From assembly GCF_003334815.1 (NCBI RefSeq), contig NZ_QOWO01000008.1: DNA of 64,000 nucleotides; one strand, given 5' to 3'. A program made the translations under genes and the position numbers. This DNA comes from Escherichia coli (GTDB lineage: Bacteria > Pseudomonadota > Gammaproteobacteria > Enterobacterales > Enterobacteriaceae). The notes beneath the pieces are model-generated. The model worked only from the letters and a program-made list of their open reading frames with translations, was not told where the DNA came from and did not search any database. Positions within the stretch are counted from its first letter, which is position 1. Each line of letters starts with the position of its first letter. This document shows positions 27,498-41,964 of the stretch, one piece after another.

Positions 27498-27524
27498 TAA
27501 ACTTTGCGCAATTCAGGCCGATAA
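27498..27524 (+). promoter_or_regulatory. Sigma-28 (class 3) promoter of fliDST
   Basis: TAAACTTT-N11-GCCGATAA on the + strand, about 45 bp upstream of the fliD ATG. Confidence 0.75.
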
Positions 27525-27567
27525 CCCCGGTATTCGTTTTACGTGTCGAAAGATAAAAGGAAATCGC

Positions 27568-28974
27568 ATGGCAAGTATTTCATCGCTGGGAGTCGGGTCA
27601 GGCCTGGATTTAAGTTCAATCCTTGATAGCCTCACCGCCGCGCAAAAAGCGACGCTAACCCCTATTTCAAATCAGCAATCGTCGTTTACCGCTAAACTTA
27701 GCGCCTACGGTACGCTGAAAAGCGCGTTGACGACTTTCCAGACCGCCAATACTGCATTGTCTAAAGCCGATCTTTTTTCCGCCACCAGCACTACCAGCAG
27801 CACCACCGCGTTCAGTGCCACCACCGCGGGTAACGCCATCGCCGGGAAATACACCATCAGCGTCACCCATCTGGCGCAGGCGCAAACCCTGACCACGCGC
27901 ACCACCAGAGATGATACGAAAACGGCGATCGCCACCAGCGACAGTAAACTCACCATTCAACAAGGCGGCGACAAAGATCCGATTACCATTGATATCAGCG
28001 CGGCTAACTCGTCGTTAAGCGGGATCCGTGATGCCATCAACAACGCAAAAGCGGGCGTAAGTGCGAGCATCATTAACGTGGGTAACGGTGAATATCGTCT
28101 GTCAGTCACATCAAATGACACCGGCCTTGACAATGCGATGACACTCTCGGTCAGCGGTGATGATGCGCTACAAAGTTTTATGGGCTATGACGCCAGTGCC
28201 AGCAGCAACGGCATGGAAGTCTCGGTCGCCGCCCAGAATGCGCAGCTGACGGTCAACAACGTCGCCATTGAGAACAGCAGCAACACCATCAGCGACGCGC
28301 TGGAAAACATCACCCTGAACCTGAACGATGTCACCACGGGCAACCAGACGCTGACCATCACTCAGGACACCTCCAAAGCGCAAACGGCGATTAAAGACTG
28401 GGTGAATGCCTATAACTCGCTAATAGATACCTTCAGCAGCCTGACCAAATACACCGCCGTAGATGCGGGAGCTGATAGCCAAAGCTCTAGCAATGGCGCA
28501 CTGCTCGGCGACTCCACGCTGCGGACGATTCAGACGCAGTTGAAGTCGATGCTGAGTAATACCGTCAGTTCTTCCAGCTATAAAACGTTGGCGCAGATTG
28601 GTATCACGACCGATCCCAGCGATGGCAAACTGGAACTGGATGCCGACAAACTCACCGCTGCACTGAAAAAAGATGCCAGCGGCGTAGGTGCATTGATTGT
28701 TGGCGATGGTAAAAAAACCGGCATCACAACCACCATCGGCAGCAACCTGACCAGTTGGCTTTCGACAACGGGCATTATTAAAGCCGCTACCGATGGCGTT
28801 AGTAAGACTCTGAATAAATTAACTAAAGACTACAACGCCGCCAGCGATCGCATTGATGCGCAGGTCGCGCGCTACAAAGAACAATTTACCCAACTGGACG
28901 TTTTAATGACCTCGTTAAACAGCACCAGCAGCTACTTAACGCAGCAGTTCGAAAACAACAGTAATTCCAAGTAA
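27568..28974 (+). CDS. fliD: Flagellar filament capping protein FliD
   Basis: 468-aa ORF matching recalled FliD. Confidence 0.96.
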   Translation: MASISSLGVGSGLDLSSILDSLTAAQKATLTPISNQQSSFTAKLSAYGTLKSALTTFQTANTALSKADLFSATSTTSSTTAFSATTAGNAIAGKYTISVTHLAQAQTLTTRTTRDDTKTAIATSDSKLTIQQGGDKDPITIDISAANSSLSGIRDAINNAKAGVSASIINVGNGEYRLSVTSNDTGLDNAMTLSVSGDDALQSFMGYDASASSNGMEVSVAAQNAQLTVNNVAIENSSNTISDALENITLNLNDVTTGNQTLTITQDTSKAQTAIKDWVNAYNSLIDTFSSLTKYTAVDAGADSQSSSNGALLGDSTLRTIQTQLKSMLSNTVSSSSYKTLAQIGITTDPSDGKLELDADKLTAALKKDASGVGALIVGDGKKTGITTTIGSNLTSWLSTTGIIKAATDGVSKTLNKLTKDYNAASDRIDAQVARYKEQFTQLDVLMTSLNSTSSYLTQQFENNSNSK

Positions 28975-28998
28975 TCAATATTCATCGGGAGACAGGTC

Positions 28999-29409
28999 AT
29001 GTACGCGGCAAAAGGCACCCAGGCCTATGCACAAATTGGCGTCGAAAGCGCCGTAATGAGCGCCAGCCAGCAGCAGCTGGTCACCATGCTATTTGATGGA
29101 GTGCTGAGCGCACTGGTTAGAGCGCGCCTGTTTATGCAGGACAACAATCAGCAAGGCAAAGGCGTCTCTTTGTCAAAAGCGATCAACATCATTGAGAACG
29201 GACTGCGGGTGAGTCTTGATGAAGATAGCAAAGACGAATTAACCCAAAACTTGATTGCTCTTTATAGCTATATGGTCAGGCGTTTGCTGCAAGCCAATTT
29301 ACGCAACGATGTCTCCGCAGTCGAAGAAGTGGAAGCATTAATGCGCAATATTGCCGATGCCTGGAAAGAGTCGTTACTCTCCCCTTCTTTGATTCAGGAC
29401 CCAGTCTGA
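28999..29409 (+). CDS. fliS: Flagellin-specific export chaperone FliS
   Basis: 136-aa ORF matching recalled FliS. Confidence 0.95.
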   Translation: MYAAKGTQAYAQIGVESAVMSASQQQLVTMLFDGVLSALVRARLFMQDNNQQGKGVSLSKAINIIENGLRVSLDEDSKDELTQNLIALYSYMVRRLLQANLRNDVSAVEEVEALMRNIADAWKESLLSPSLIQDPV

Positions 29410-29774
29410 TGAACCATGCACCGCATTTGTATTTCGCCTGGCAACAACTCGTCGAAAAAAGCCAGCTCATGTTACGCCTGGCAACGGAAGAACAATGGGA
29501 CGAACTCATCGCCAGCGAAATGGCGTATGTGAATGCGGTGCAGGAGATAGCACACCTGACTGAAGAGGTTGCCCCGTCCACCACGATGCAGGAGCAGCTC
29601 CGCCCGATGCTGCGCCTGATTCTCGACAACGAAAGCAAGGTAAAGCAGTTATTACAGATTCGTATGGATGAACTGGCGAAACTGGTCGGTCAGTCATCGG
29701 TGCAAAAATCGGTGTTAAGTGCCTATGGCGATCAGGGCGGCTTTGTGCTGGCTCCGCAAGATAACTTCTCGTGA
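29409..29774 (+). CDS. fliT: FliD chaperone / anti-FlhDC factor FliT
   Basis: 121-aa ORF matching recalled FliT; overlaps the fliS stop. Confidence 0.95.
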   Translation: MNHAPHLYFAWQQLVEKSQLMLRLATEEQWDELIASEMAYVNAVQEIAHLTEEVAPSTTMQEQLRPMLRLILDNESKVKQLLQIRMDELAKLVGQSSVQKSVLSAYGDQGGFVLAPQDNFS

Positions 29775-29851
29775 ATCTTAACGAGCTAATGGTTCGCGAA
29801 TAATCCGATTACGGCTACGCTTCTAATGTTCCCCTTGAATGGAGTCGAAGA

Positions 29852-31339
29852 ATGCGTAATCCCACGCTGTTACAATGTTTTCACTGGTATTACCCGGAAG
29901 GCGGTAAGCTCTGGCCTGAACTGGCCGAGCGCGCCGACGGTTTTAATGATATTGGTATCAATATGGTCTGGTTGCCGCCCGCCTATAAAGGCGCATCGGG
30001 CGGGTATTCGGTCGGCTACGACTCCTATGATTTATTTGATTTAGGCGAGTTTGATCAGAAAGGCAGCATCCCTACTAAATATGGCGATAAAGTACAATTG
30101 CTGGCCGCCATTGACGCCCTGAAACGTAATGACATTGCGGTGCTGTTGGACGTGGTAGTCAACCACAAAATGGGCGCGGATGAAAAAGAAGCTATTCGCG
30201 TGCAGCGTGTAAATGCTGACGACCGTACGCAAATTGATGAAGAAATCATTGAGTGCGAAGGCTGGACGCGTTACACCTTCCCCGCCCGTGCCGGGCAATA
30301 CTCACAGTTTATCTGGGATTTCAAATGTTTTAGCGGTATCGACCATATCGAAAACCCTGATGAAGATGGCATATTTAAAATTGTTAACGACTACACCGGC
30401 GAAGGCTGGAACGATCAGGTTGATGATGAATTAGGTAATTTCGATTATCTGATGGGCGAGAATATCGATTTTCGCAATCATGCCGTGACGGAAGAGATTA
30501 AATACTGGGCGCGCTGGGTGATGGAACAAACGCAATGCGACGGTTTTCGTCTTGATGCGGTCAAACATATACCGGCATGGTTTTATAAAGAGTGGATCGA
30601 ACACGTACAAGAAGTTGCACCAAAGCCGCTGTTTATTGTGGCGGAGTACTGGTCGCATGAAGTCGATAAACTGCAAACGTATATTGATCAGGTGGAAGGC
30701 AAAACCATGCTGTTCGATGCGCCGCTGCAGATGAAATTCCATGAAGCATCGCGCATGGGGCGCGACTACGACATGACGCAGATTTTCACGGGTACATTAG
30801 TGGAAGCCGATCCTTTCCACGCCGTGACGCTCGTTGCCAATCACGACACCCAACCGTTGCAAGCCCTCGAAGCGCCGGTCGAACCGTGGTTTAAACCGCT
30901 GGCGTATGCCTTAATTTTGTTGCGGGAAAATGGCGTTCCTTCGGTATTCTATCCGGACCTCTACGGTGCGCATTACGAAGATGTCGGCGGTGACGGGCAA
31001 ACCTATCCGATAGATATGCCAATAATCGAACAGCTTGATGAGTTAATTCTCGCCCGTCAGCGTTTCGCCCACGGTGTACAGACATTATTTTTCGACCATC
31101 CGAACTGCATTGCCTTTAGCCGCAGTGGCACTGACGAATATCCCGGCTGCGTGGTGGTCATGTCGAACGGGGATGATGGCGAAAAAACCATTAATCTGGG
31201 AGAGAATTACGGCAATAAAACCTGGCGTGATTTTCTGGGGAACCGGCAAGAGAGCGTAGTAACCGACGAAAACGGTGAAGCGACCTTCTTTTGCAACGGC
31301 GGCAGCGTCAGCGTGTGGGTTATCGAAGAGGTGATTTAA
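29852..31339 (+). CDS. amyA: Cytoplasmic alpha-amylase (GH13)
   Basis: 495-aa ORF without signal peptide; matches recalled AmyA. Confidence 0.95.
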   Translation: MRNPTLLQCFHWYYPEGGKLWPELAERADGFNDIGINMVWLPPAYKGASGGYSVGYDSYDLFDLGEFDQKGSIPTKYGDKVQLLAAIDALKRNDIAVLLDVVVNHKMGADEKEAIRVQRVNADDRTQIDEEIIECEGWTRYTFPARAGQYSQFIWDFKCFSGIDHIENPDEDGIFKIVNDYTGEGWNDQVDDELGNFDYLMGENIDFRNHAVTEEIKYWARWVMEQTQCDGFRLDAVKHIPAWFYKEWIEHVQEVAPKPLFIVAEYWSHEVDKLQTYIDQVEGKTMLFDAPLQMKFHEASRMGRDYDMTQIFTGTLVEADPFHAVTLVANHDTQPLQALEAPVEPWFKPLAYALILLRENGVPSVFYPDLYGAHYEDVGGDGQTYPIDMPIIEQLDELILARQRFAHGVQTLFFDHPNCIAFSRSGTDEYPGCVVVMSNGDDGEKTINLGENYGNKTWRDFLGNRQESVVTDENGEATFFCNGGSVSVWVIEEVI

Positions 31340-31345
31340 ATTCAT

Positions 31346-31364
31346 CCCCGGCGGCAAGCCGGGG
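31346..31364. terminator. Terminator-like GC hairpin between convergent amyA and yedD
   Basis: CCCCGGC-GGCAA-GCCGGGG stem-loop between the two stop codons; flanking U-tract is weak. Confidence 0.45.
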
Positions 31365-31372
31365 AGATTTCA

Positions 31373-31786
31373 TTACGGCAGTGGCGTCGGTAACGGCGCT
31401 TTATCCAGCGCGGCGGCACACTCTGCCGTCGGGCGATCCACACGCTCCATCGTCATACCATCGTACTCAATGGTGTTACCGTCACGCTCAACCTCGTATA
31501 GCTCACGTTTTACGGTAACGTTAGTGAGATCATCAGACATCAATGTCAACTTACCCGGCACGGCAATCACCCGCTGCCACTGACGGCAATCAAGAGTATC
31601 GCCCTCTTTAGTGACAATCAGGCTGCCTATCGCTTCCGGGCTGACCAGCGCACGTTGCGGCCCTTTGGTCTGCCAGTAGCCCGCCAGCCAGTCCGGCGCG
31701 GGGGTTTTCACGACATTGTTATAGTTTTCGACTTCGGCACAGCCCGCCAGCAACATGAGCGCGCCTGCAATTGCGAGTTTTTTCAT
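31373..31786 (-). CDS. yedD: Lipoprotein YedD
   Basis: 137/138-aa ORF with lipobox LAGC; matches recalled YedD. Confidence 0.9.
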   Translation of the reverse strand: MKKLAIAGALMLLAGCAEVENYNNVVKTPAPDWLAGYWQTKGPQRALVSPEAIGSLIVTKEGDTLDCRQWQRVIAVPGKLTLMSDDLTNVTVKRELYEVERDGNTIEYDGMTMERVDRPTAECAAALDKAPLPTPLP

Positions 31787-31972
31787 CATTCGTCCTGCAT
31801 GAGAAGAAAAGAAGATTGTGGCATTAAAGCCCTGATGTCGCCAGCCTTTACAGGTTCAGAGAGAAATTTGATCTAACTATTATTTTTGTGAATTATTACC
31901 CCGAAAATAAATTTGCATGATGTATGATTCGCGACTCTTGTTTCAAACCTTCTGAGTTCAGAGGCTACATTC

Positions 31973-33178
31973 ATGTCATGGCAGCAATTCAAACACGCCT
32001 GGTTGATTAAATTCTGGGCACCCATCCCTGCGGTCATCGCGGCGGGTATTCTCTCCACTTACTATTTTGGCATTACTGGCACCTTTTGGGCTGTCACGGG
32101 TGAATTTACCCGTTGGGGCGGCCAGCTCCTGCAGCTGTTTGGCGTCCATGCTGAAGAGTGGGGTTATTTTAAAATTATCCATCTGGAAGGATCGCCATTA
32201 ACCCGCATCGACGGGATGATGATCCTCGGCATGTTTGGCGGCTGCTTTGCCGCAGCGCTGTGGGCCAACAATGTCAAACTGCGCATGCCACGCAGCCGTA
32301 TCCGCATTATGCAGGCCATTATTGGCGGTATTATCGCTGGTTTTGGCGCGCGTCTGGCAATGGGCTGTAACCTGGCGGCGTTCTTTACCGGTATTCCTCA
32401 GTTCTCGCTGCATGCCTGGTTCTTTGCCATCGCCACTGCCATTGGTTCATGGTTTGGCGCACGCTTTACCCTGCTGCCCATCTTCCGTATTCCCGTGAAA
32501 ATGCAGAAAGTTTCTGCCGCCTCACCGCTGACGCAAAAACCGGATCAGGCGCGGCGTCGTTTTCGTCTCGGGATGCTGGTCTTTTTCGGCATGCTGGGCT
32601 GGGCGCTGCTCACGGCGATGAACCAACCCAAACTGGGGCTGGCAATGCTGTTTGGCGTCGGCTTTGGTTTACTGATTGAACGTGCGCAAATCTGCTTTAC
32701 TTCGGCGTTCCGCGATATGTGGATCACCGGACGTACCCACATGGCGAAAGCAATCATTATTGGTATGGCGGTGAGTGCCATCGGGATCTTCAGTTACGTA
32801 CAGTTAGGTGTTGAACCCAAAATCATGTGGGCGGGACCAAACGCGGTAATTGGTGGTTTACTGTTTGGTTTTGGCATCGTGCTGGCAGGCGGCTGCGAAA
32901 CCGGTTGGATGTACCGCGCGGTAGAAGGTCAGGTGCACTACTGGTGGGTCGGTCTGGGCAATGTGATCGGCTCAACCATTCTGGCGTATTACTGGGATGA
33001 TTTCGCTCCGGCGCTGGCCACCGACTGGGACAAAATCAACCTGCTGAAAACCTTTGGCCCGATGGGTGGCCTGCTGGTGACATATTTGCTGTTGTTTACT
33101 GCGCTGATGTTGATTATCGGCTGGGAAAAACGCTTCTTCCGCCGTGCGGCACCGCAGACTGCTAAGGAGATCGCATGA
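31973..33178 (+). CDS. yedE: YedE family inner-membrane transporter (YeeE/YedE; sulfur/selenium-compound transport)
   Basis: 401-aa polytopic ORF matching recalled YedE. Confidence 0.92.
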   Translation: MSWQQFKHAWLIKFWAPIPAVIAAGILSTYYFGITGTFWAVTGEFTRWGGQLLQLFGVHAEEWGYFKIIHLEGSPLTRIDGMMILGMFGGCFAAALWANNVKLRMPRSRIRIMQAIIGGIIAGFGARLAMGCNLAAFFTGIPQFSLHAWFFAIATAIGSWFGARFTLLPIFRIPVKMQKVSAASPLTQKPDQARRRFRLGMLVFFGMLGWALLTAMNQPKLGLAMLFGVGFGLLIERAQICFTSAFRDMWITGRTHMAKAIIIGMAVSAIGIFSYVQLGVEPKIMWAGPNAVIGGLLFGFGIVLAGGCETGWMYRAVEGQVHYWWVGLGNVIGSTILAYYWDDFAPALATDWDKINLLKTFGPMGGLLVTYLLLFTALMLIIGWEKRFFRRAAPQTAKEIA

Positions 33179-33408
33179 AAAATATCATTCCTGATTACCG
33201 TCTTGATATGGTGGGTGAACCCTGCCCTTATCCGGCAGTCGCAACCCTTGAGGCGATGCCGCAGTTAAAAAAAGGTGAGATCCTGGAAGTGGTGAGCGAC
33301 TGTCCGCAGTCGATCAATAATATTCCACTGGATGCTCGTAATCACGGCTATACGGTGCTGGATATTCAGCAAGACGGGCCGACCATTCGTTATTTAATTC
33401 AGAAGTAA
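33175..33408 (+). CDS. yedF: TusA-like sulfurtransferase-fold protein YedF
   Basis: 77-aa ORF with TusA-type CPxP motif (EPCPYP); 4-nt overlap with yedE. Confidence 0.92.
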   Translation: MKNIIPDYRLDMVGEPCPYPAVATLEAMPQLKKGEILEVVSDCPQSINNIPLDARNHGYTVLDIQQDGPTIRYLIQK

Positions 33409-33516
33409 TCCCTCATTCCCGCTGTGGCCAACAGCGGGAATATCGTTGCCTCTGTACCACATAGATTTTACCCGCCCCCTCTCCTATTCTTTTCAGTGTG
33501 CTCTCAGGAGGTTGCT

Positions 33517-34185
33517 ATGTGTGGACGCTTTGCCCAATCCCAAACGCGTGAAGATTACCTTGCGCTTCTCGCGGAAGATATTGAACGCGATATTCCCTAT
33601 GATCCCGAACCCATTGGCAGATACAACGTCGCGCCGGGAACCAAAGTTCTTCTGCTCAGTGAACGTGATGAACACCTTCATCTGGATCCGGTTTTCTGGG
33701 GATATGCTCCCGGATGGTGGGATAAACCGCCGCTGATTAACGCCCGCGTAGAAACTGCGGCCACCAGTCGTATGTTTAAACCGCTCTGGCAACATGGTCG
33801 GGCAATCTGTTTTGCCGATGGCTGGTTTGAGTGGAAAAAAGAAGGCGACAAAAAACAGCCTTATTTTATCTATCGTGCTGACGGACAACCTGTTTTTATG
33901 GCCGCGATAGGTAGCACACCGTTTGAGCGCGGTGACGAAGCCGAAGGATTTTTAATTGTCACTGCAGCAGCAGACCAGGGTCTGGTAGATATTCATGACC
34001 GCCGCCCGCTGGTACTGTCGCCAGAAGCTGCGCGGGAATGGATGCGGCAAGAGATTGGCGGTAAAGAAGCATCAGAAATTGCTACCAACGGCTGTGTGCC
34101 AGCAAACCAGTTCACCTGGCACCCGGTATCGCGCGCGGTAGGTAATGTCAAAAACCAGGGCGCGGAGTTAATTCAACCTGTTTGA
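33517..34185 (+). CDS. yedK: SRAP (SOS response-associated peptidase) abasic-site processing protein YedK
   Basis: Track ORF starts at 33424; true start ATG 33517 follows AGGAGG and gives MCGRFAQSQ... (catalytic Cys2); 222 aa matching recalled YedK. Confidence 0.93.
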   Translation: MCGRFAQSQTREDYLALLAEDIERDIPYDPEPIGRYNVAPGTKVLLLSERDEHLHLDPVFWGYAPGWWDKPPLINARVETAATSRMFKPLWQHGRAICFADGWFEWKKEGDKKQPYFIYRADGQPVFMAAIGSTPFERGDEAEGFLIVTAAADQGLVDIHDRRPLVLSPEAAREWMRQEIGGKEASEIATNGCVPANQFTWHPVSRAVGNVKNQGAELIQPV

Positions 34186-34577
34186 TAAGCCAGGAGACTA
34201 TTGATCAATAATACTGCGTCATAAGAAATCTCTATTAGACAAAGTAGACGCTCCTTCCACATGCGCCACAAGAAACCTCTATTCCAGTGACACAATTACG
34301 CCTGATTATTTCCCTAGCCCGGAATATGAATAAAAACATCAACAAAGATTAAATTATTCAAACGTTACTGTTGCGTCTGCGGTCGTAACAACATCCGACG
34401 TGGTGATGTGTATCAAATGAGGCCTCTGATGATCAGAGGGTTTATCGCGTATACGGATCGTGGATGGCAGAAAACTTTCAGAATCAGGTTTCCATTTTAA
34501 ACCAGAAATTGAGTGAGTTTGCCCCATCCATGCCCCACGCGGTGAGATCGGATGTAATTAACAACAGGTTACAAAAC

Positions 34578-34892
34578 CTACACCTGCATGCTCATCACTT
34601 CCTGATACGCCGCCACCAGCTTATTACGCACCTGAATCCCCATTTGCATAGAAACTGAGGCTTTTTGCATATCGGTCATCACATCGTTTAACGCCACGCC
34701 GGGTTCACCGAGAGTGAATTTTTCTGCCTGCGTGCGGGCAGCTGTTTGTGTATCACTAATGCGATCGAGCGCGGCGTGCAGCTGCCCGGCAAAACTAATG
34801 GTCGGTTGCGGCAGTGATTCCTGCGCACGCGCACTCATCGCCGTAGCCTGTAACTGGCTGATAACCCCTTCAATCCCCTGTATCGCTGACAT
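34578..34892 (-). CDS. fliE: Flagellar hook-basal body protein FliE
   Basis: Track ORF 114 aa; recalled FliE (104 aa) begins [24 protein letters not shown] at ATG 34892. Confidence 0.95.
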   Translation of the reverse strand: MSAIQGIEGVISQLQATAMSARAQESLPQPTISFAGQLHAALDRISDTQTAARTQAEKFTLGEPGVALNDVMTDMQKASVSMQMGIQVRNKLVAAYQEVMSMQV

Positions 34893-35106
34893 TCTCGTCT
34901 CCCGGATAATTTCTGGTAGCAAAGCCTACCAGTAAGTCAATAAGACAAAGGCGCTAAATAACAACAAAAAAACGGGTTTATTGGCGGATAGAAAAAAACG
35001 AAAGCACAAATAATGGGAGCGTCAATTTTTCGAGTTTGCTGACCCGGGAGTGAGTCTTGTTCCACTTTGCCAATAACGCCGTCCATAATCAGCCACGAGG
35101 TGCGCG

Positions 35107-38431
<3,325 letters not shown>

Positions 38432-38432
<1 letters not shown>

Positions 38433-39805
38433 TGACCACGCGCCTGACTCGCTGGCTAACCACGCTGGATAACTTTGAAGCCAAAATGGCGCAGTTGCCT
38501 GCGGTACGTCGCTATGGGCGATTAACCCGCGCTACCGGGCTGGTGCTGGAAGCCACCGGATTACAATTGCCGCTCGGCGCAACCTGTGTCATTGAACGCC
38601 AGAACGGCAGCGAAACGCACGAAGTAGAAAGCGAAGTCGTTGGCTTTAACGGTCAACGGCTGTTTTTAATGCCGCTGGAGGAAGTGGAAGGTGTCCTGCC
38701 CGGCGCGCGGGTTTATGCCAAAAACATTTCGGCTGAAGGACTGCAAAGCGGCAAGCAGTTGCCGCTCGGTCCGGCGTTATTAGGTCGCGTTCTGGACGGC
38801 AGCGGTAAGCCGCTCGATGGCCTGCCCTCCCCCGATACGACGGAAACCGGTGCGCTGATTACCCCGCCATTTAACCCGTTGCAACGTACACCGATTGAAC
38901 ATGTGCTGGACACCGGCGTGCGCCCAATCAATGCCCTGCTTACCGTTGGGCGCGGGCAGCGTATGGGTCTGTTTGCTGGTTCTGGTGTCGGTAAAAGTGT
39001 GCTGCTGGGGATGATGGCCCGTTACACCCGCGCCGATGTCATTGTCGTGGGTTTAATTGGTGAACGCGGACGCGAAGTAAAAGATTTTATTGAGAATATC
39101 CTCGGTGCCGAAGGACGTGCACGCTCAGTGGTGATTGCCGCTCCGGCGGATGTGTCTCCACTCCTGCGAATGCAAGGTGCCGCCTATGCCACGCGCATTG
39201 CCGAAGATTTTCGCGATCGTGGTCAGCATGTGTTGCTGATTATGGACTCCCTCACCCGCTACGCGATGGCCCAGCGTGAAATTGCGCTGGCGATTGGCGA
39301 ACCCCCCGCCACCAAAGGTTATCCACCGTCGGTGTTTGCCAAATTACCGGCACTGGTCGAGCGTGCCGGAAATGGCATTAGCGGCGGCGGCTCGATTACC
39401 GCGTTTTATACCGTGCTCACTGAAGGCGATGACCAGCAGGATCCGATTGCCGACTCCGCGCGGGCGATCCTCGACGGTCACATTGTGCTGTCTCGCCGAC
39501 TGGCGGAAGCCGGGCACTATCCGGCTATCGATATTGAAGCGTCGATCAGCCGCGCAATGACGGCGTTGATCAGTGAGCAACATTACGCGCGAGTGCGCAC
39601 CTTTAAACAGCTGTTGTCGAGTTTTCAGCGTAACCGCGATCTGGTTAGCGTCGGCGCGTATGCCAAAGGCAGCAATCCGATGCTCGATAAAGCCATCGCC
39701 CTGTGGCCGCAGCTGGAGGGCTATTTACAACAAGGCATTTTTGAACGTGCGGACTGGGAAGCGTCTCTCCAGGGGCTGGAGCGTATTTTCCCGACAGTGT
39801 CATAA
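38432..39805 (+). CDS. fliI: Flagellum-specific export ATPase FliI
   Basis: 457-aa ORF with Walker A GSGVGKS; matches recalled FliI; TAATG overlap with fliH. Confidence 0.97.
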
Positions 39806-39823
39806 CCCAGGAGATAACGGCAG

Positions 39824-40267
39824 ATGGCAGAACATGGCGCGCTGGCGACCCTGAAAGATCTGGCAGAAAAAGAGGTAGAGGATGCCGCGCGCCTGCTGGG
39901 TGAAATGCGTCGCGGATGTCAGCAGGCGGAAGAACAGCTCAAAATGCTGATCGATTATCAGAATGAATATCGCAATAACCTCAACAGCGATATGAGTGCC
40001 GGGATGACCAGCAACCGCTGGATCAACTATCAGCAGTTTATCCAGACGCTGGAAAAAGCCATTACTCAGCATCGCCAGCAACTTAATCAGTGGACGCAGA
40101 AAGTTGACATTGCCCTGAACAGCTGGCGAGAAAAGAAACAACGTTTGCAGGCCTGGCAGACACTGCAGGAACGGCAATCCACGGCGGCACTGCTTGCAGA
40201 AAACCGCCTCGATCAGAAAAAGATGGATGAGTTCGCCCAGCGCGCCGCCATGAGGAAACCTGAATGA
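39824..40267 (+). CDS. fliJ: Flagellar export protein FliJ
   Basis: 147-aa ORF matching recalled FliJ. Confidence 0.95.
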   Translation: MAEHGALATLKDLAEKEVEDAARLLGEMRRGCQQAEEQLKMLIDYQNEYRNNLNSDMSAGMTSNRWINYQQFIQTLEKAITQHRQQLNQWTQKVDIALNSWREKKQRLQAWQTLQERQSTAALLAENRLDQKKMDEFAQRAAMRKPE

Positions 40268-41391
40268 TTCGCTTAGCGCCCTTGATTACCGCCGACGTTG
40301 ACACCACCACATTGCCTGGCGGCAAAGCCAGCGATACTGCACAAGATTTTCTCGCGTTGTTGAGCGAAGCATTAGCAGGCGAGACAACTACCGACAAAGC
40401 GGCCCCCCAGTTGCTGGTGGCAACAGATAAGCCCATGACAAAAGGCGAGCCGCTGATCAGCGATATTGTTTCCGACGCGCAACAAGCGGATTTACTGATC
40501 CCTGTGGATGAAACACCGCTTGTCATCAACGACGAACAATCCACATCAACACCGTTAACCACCGCTCAGACGATGACGTTGGCTGCGGTGGCTGACAAAA
40601 ATACGACAAAAGACGAAAAAGCGGATGATCTGAATGAAGACGTCACCGCAAGCCTGAGCGCCCTTTTTGCGATGTTGCCGGGTTTTGACAATACGCCCAA
40701 AGTGACTGATGTGCCGTCAACCGTGTTACCGGCAGAGAAACCAACGCTCTTCACAAAACTGACTTCTGCGCAACTCACAACAGCACAGCCTGATGATGCC
40801 CCCGGCACACCAGCTCAGCCATTAACACCGCTGGTAGCAGAAGCCCAGAGTAAAGCGGAAGTCATCAGCACACCTTCACCGGTGACCGCTGCCGCCAGCC
40901 CGCTAATCACTCCACACCAGACACAGCCACTGCCCACCGTCGCCGCGCCTGTTTTGAGTGCACCGCTGGGTTCTCACGAATGGCAACAATCATTAAGCCA
41001 GCATATTTCGCTGTTCTCCCGCCAGGGGCAACAAAGTGCAGAGTTGCGTCTGCACCCGCAGGATTTAGGTGAAGTGCAAATCTCCCTCAAAGTGGATGAT
41101 AACCAGGCGCAAATCCAGATGGTTTCACCACATCAGCACGTACGCGCCGCCCTGGAAGCAGCGCTGCCGGTACTGCGTACGCAGCTGGCCGAAAGTGGCA
41201 TTCAGTTAGGGCAAAGCAACATCAGTGGCGAAAGCTTTAGTGGTCAGCAGCAGGCCGCTTCCCAGCAACAGCAAAGCCAACGCACAGCAAACCATGAACC
41301 TCTGGCGGGGGAAGACGACGATACGCTTCCGGTTCCCGTCTCTTTACAAGGGCGTGTAACAGGCAACAGCGGCGTTGATATTTTCGCCTAA
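40264..41391 (+). CDS. fliK: Flagellar hook-length control protein FliK
   Basis: 375-aa ORF with Pro/Thr/Ala/Gln-rich linker; matches recalled FliK; 4-nt overlap with fliJ. Confidence 0.95.
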   Translation: MIRLAPLITADVDTTTLPGGKASDTAQDFLALLSEALAGETTTDKAAPQLLVATDKPMTKGEPLISDIVSDAQQADLLIPVDETPLVINDEQSTSTPLTTAQTMTLAAVADKNTTKDEKADDLNEDVTASLSALFAMLPGFDNTPKVTDVPSTVLPAEKPTLFTKLTSAQLTTAQPDDAPGTPAQPLTPLVAEAQSKAEVISTPSPVTAAASPLITPHQTQPLPTVAAPVLSAPLGSHEWQQSLSQHISLFSRQGQQSAELRLHPQDLGEVQISLKVDDNQAQIQMVSPHQHVRAALEAALPVLRTQLAESGIQLGQSNISGESFSGQQQAASQQQQSQRTANHEPLAGEDDDTLPVPVSLQGRVTGNSGVDIFA

Positions 41392-41495
41392 CGTCAGAGG
41401 TAGCACCGTAATCCGCGTCTTTTCCCCGCTTTGTTGCGCTCAAGACGCAGGATAATTAGCCGATAAGCAGTAGCGACACAGGAAGACCGCAACAC

Positions 41496-41960
41496 ATGAC
41501 TGATTACGCGATAAGCAAGAAAAGCAAGCGATCGCTTTGGATCCCGATTCTGGTATTCATTACCCTCGCGGCCTGTGCCAGCGCAGGTTACAGCTACTGG
41601 CATTCGCATCAGGTTGCCGCTGACGACAACGCGCAGCAACGCGTCGTGCCCTCACCGGTCTTCTACGCGCTGGATACCTTCACGGTCAATTTGGGCGATG
41701 CGGATCGCGTGCTTTATATCGGCATAACCCTGCGCCTGAAAGATGAAGCTACCCGCTCGCGGCTGAGTGAGTATTTGCCGGAAGTCCGTAGCCGTTTGCT
41801 GTTACTGTTTTCGCGTCAGGATGCTGCCGTACTGGCGACAGAAGAAGGCAAGAAAAACCTGATTGCCGAGATTAAAACCACGCTTTCCACCCCGCTTGTT
41901 GCCGGGCAACCGAAACAGGATGTCACCGACGTGCTGTATACCGCTTTTATTCTGCGATAA
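41496..41960 (+). CDS. fliL: Flagellar basal body-associated protein FliL
   Basis: 154-aa ORF matching recalled FliL. Confidence 0.95.
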   Translation: MTDYAISKKSKRSLWIPILVFITLAACASAGYSYWHSHQVAADDNAQQRVVPSPVFYALDTFTVNLGDADRVLYIGITLRLKDEATRSRLSEYLPEVRSRLLLLFSRQDAAVLATEEGKKNLIAEIKTTLSTPLVAGQPKQDVTDVLYTAFILR

Positions 41961-41964
41961 CGAC

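Noticed and set aside
40380-41300. Low-complexity Pro/Thr/Ala/Gln-rich stretch that could be mistaken for a tandem repeat
   Set aside because: It is the native flexible linker of FliK, in frame within an intact 375-aa ORF.
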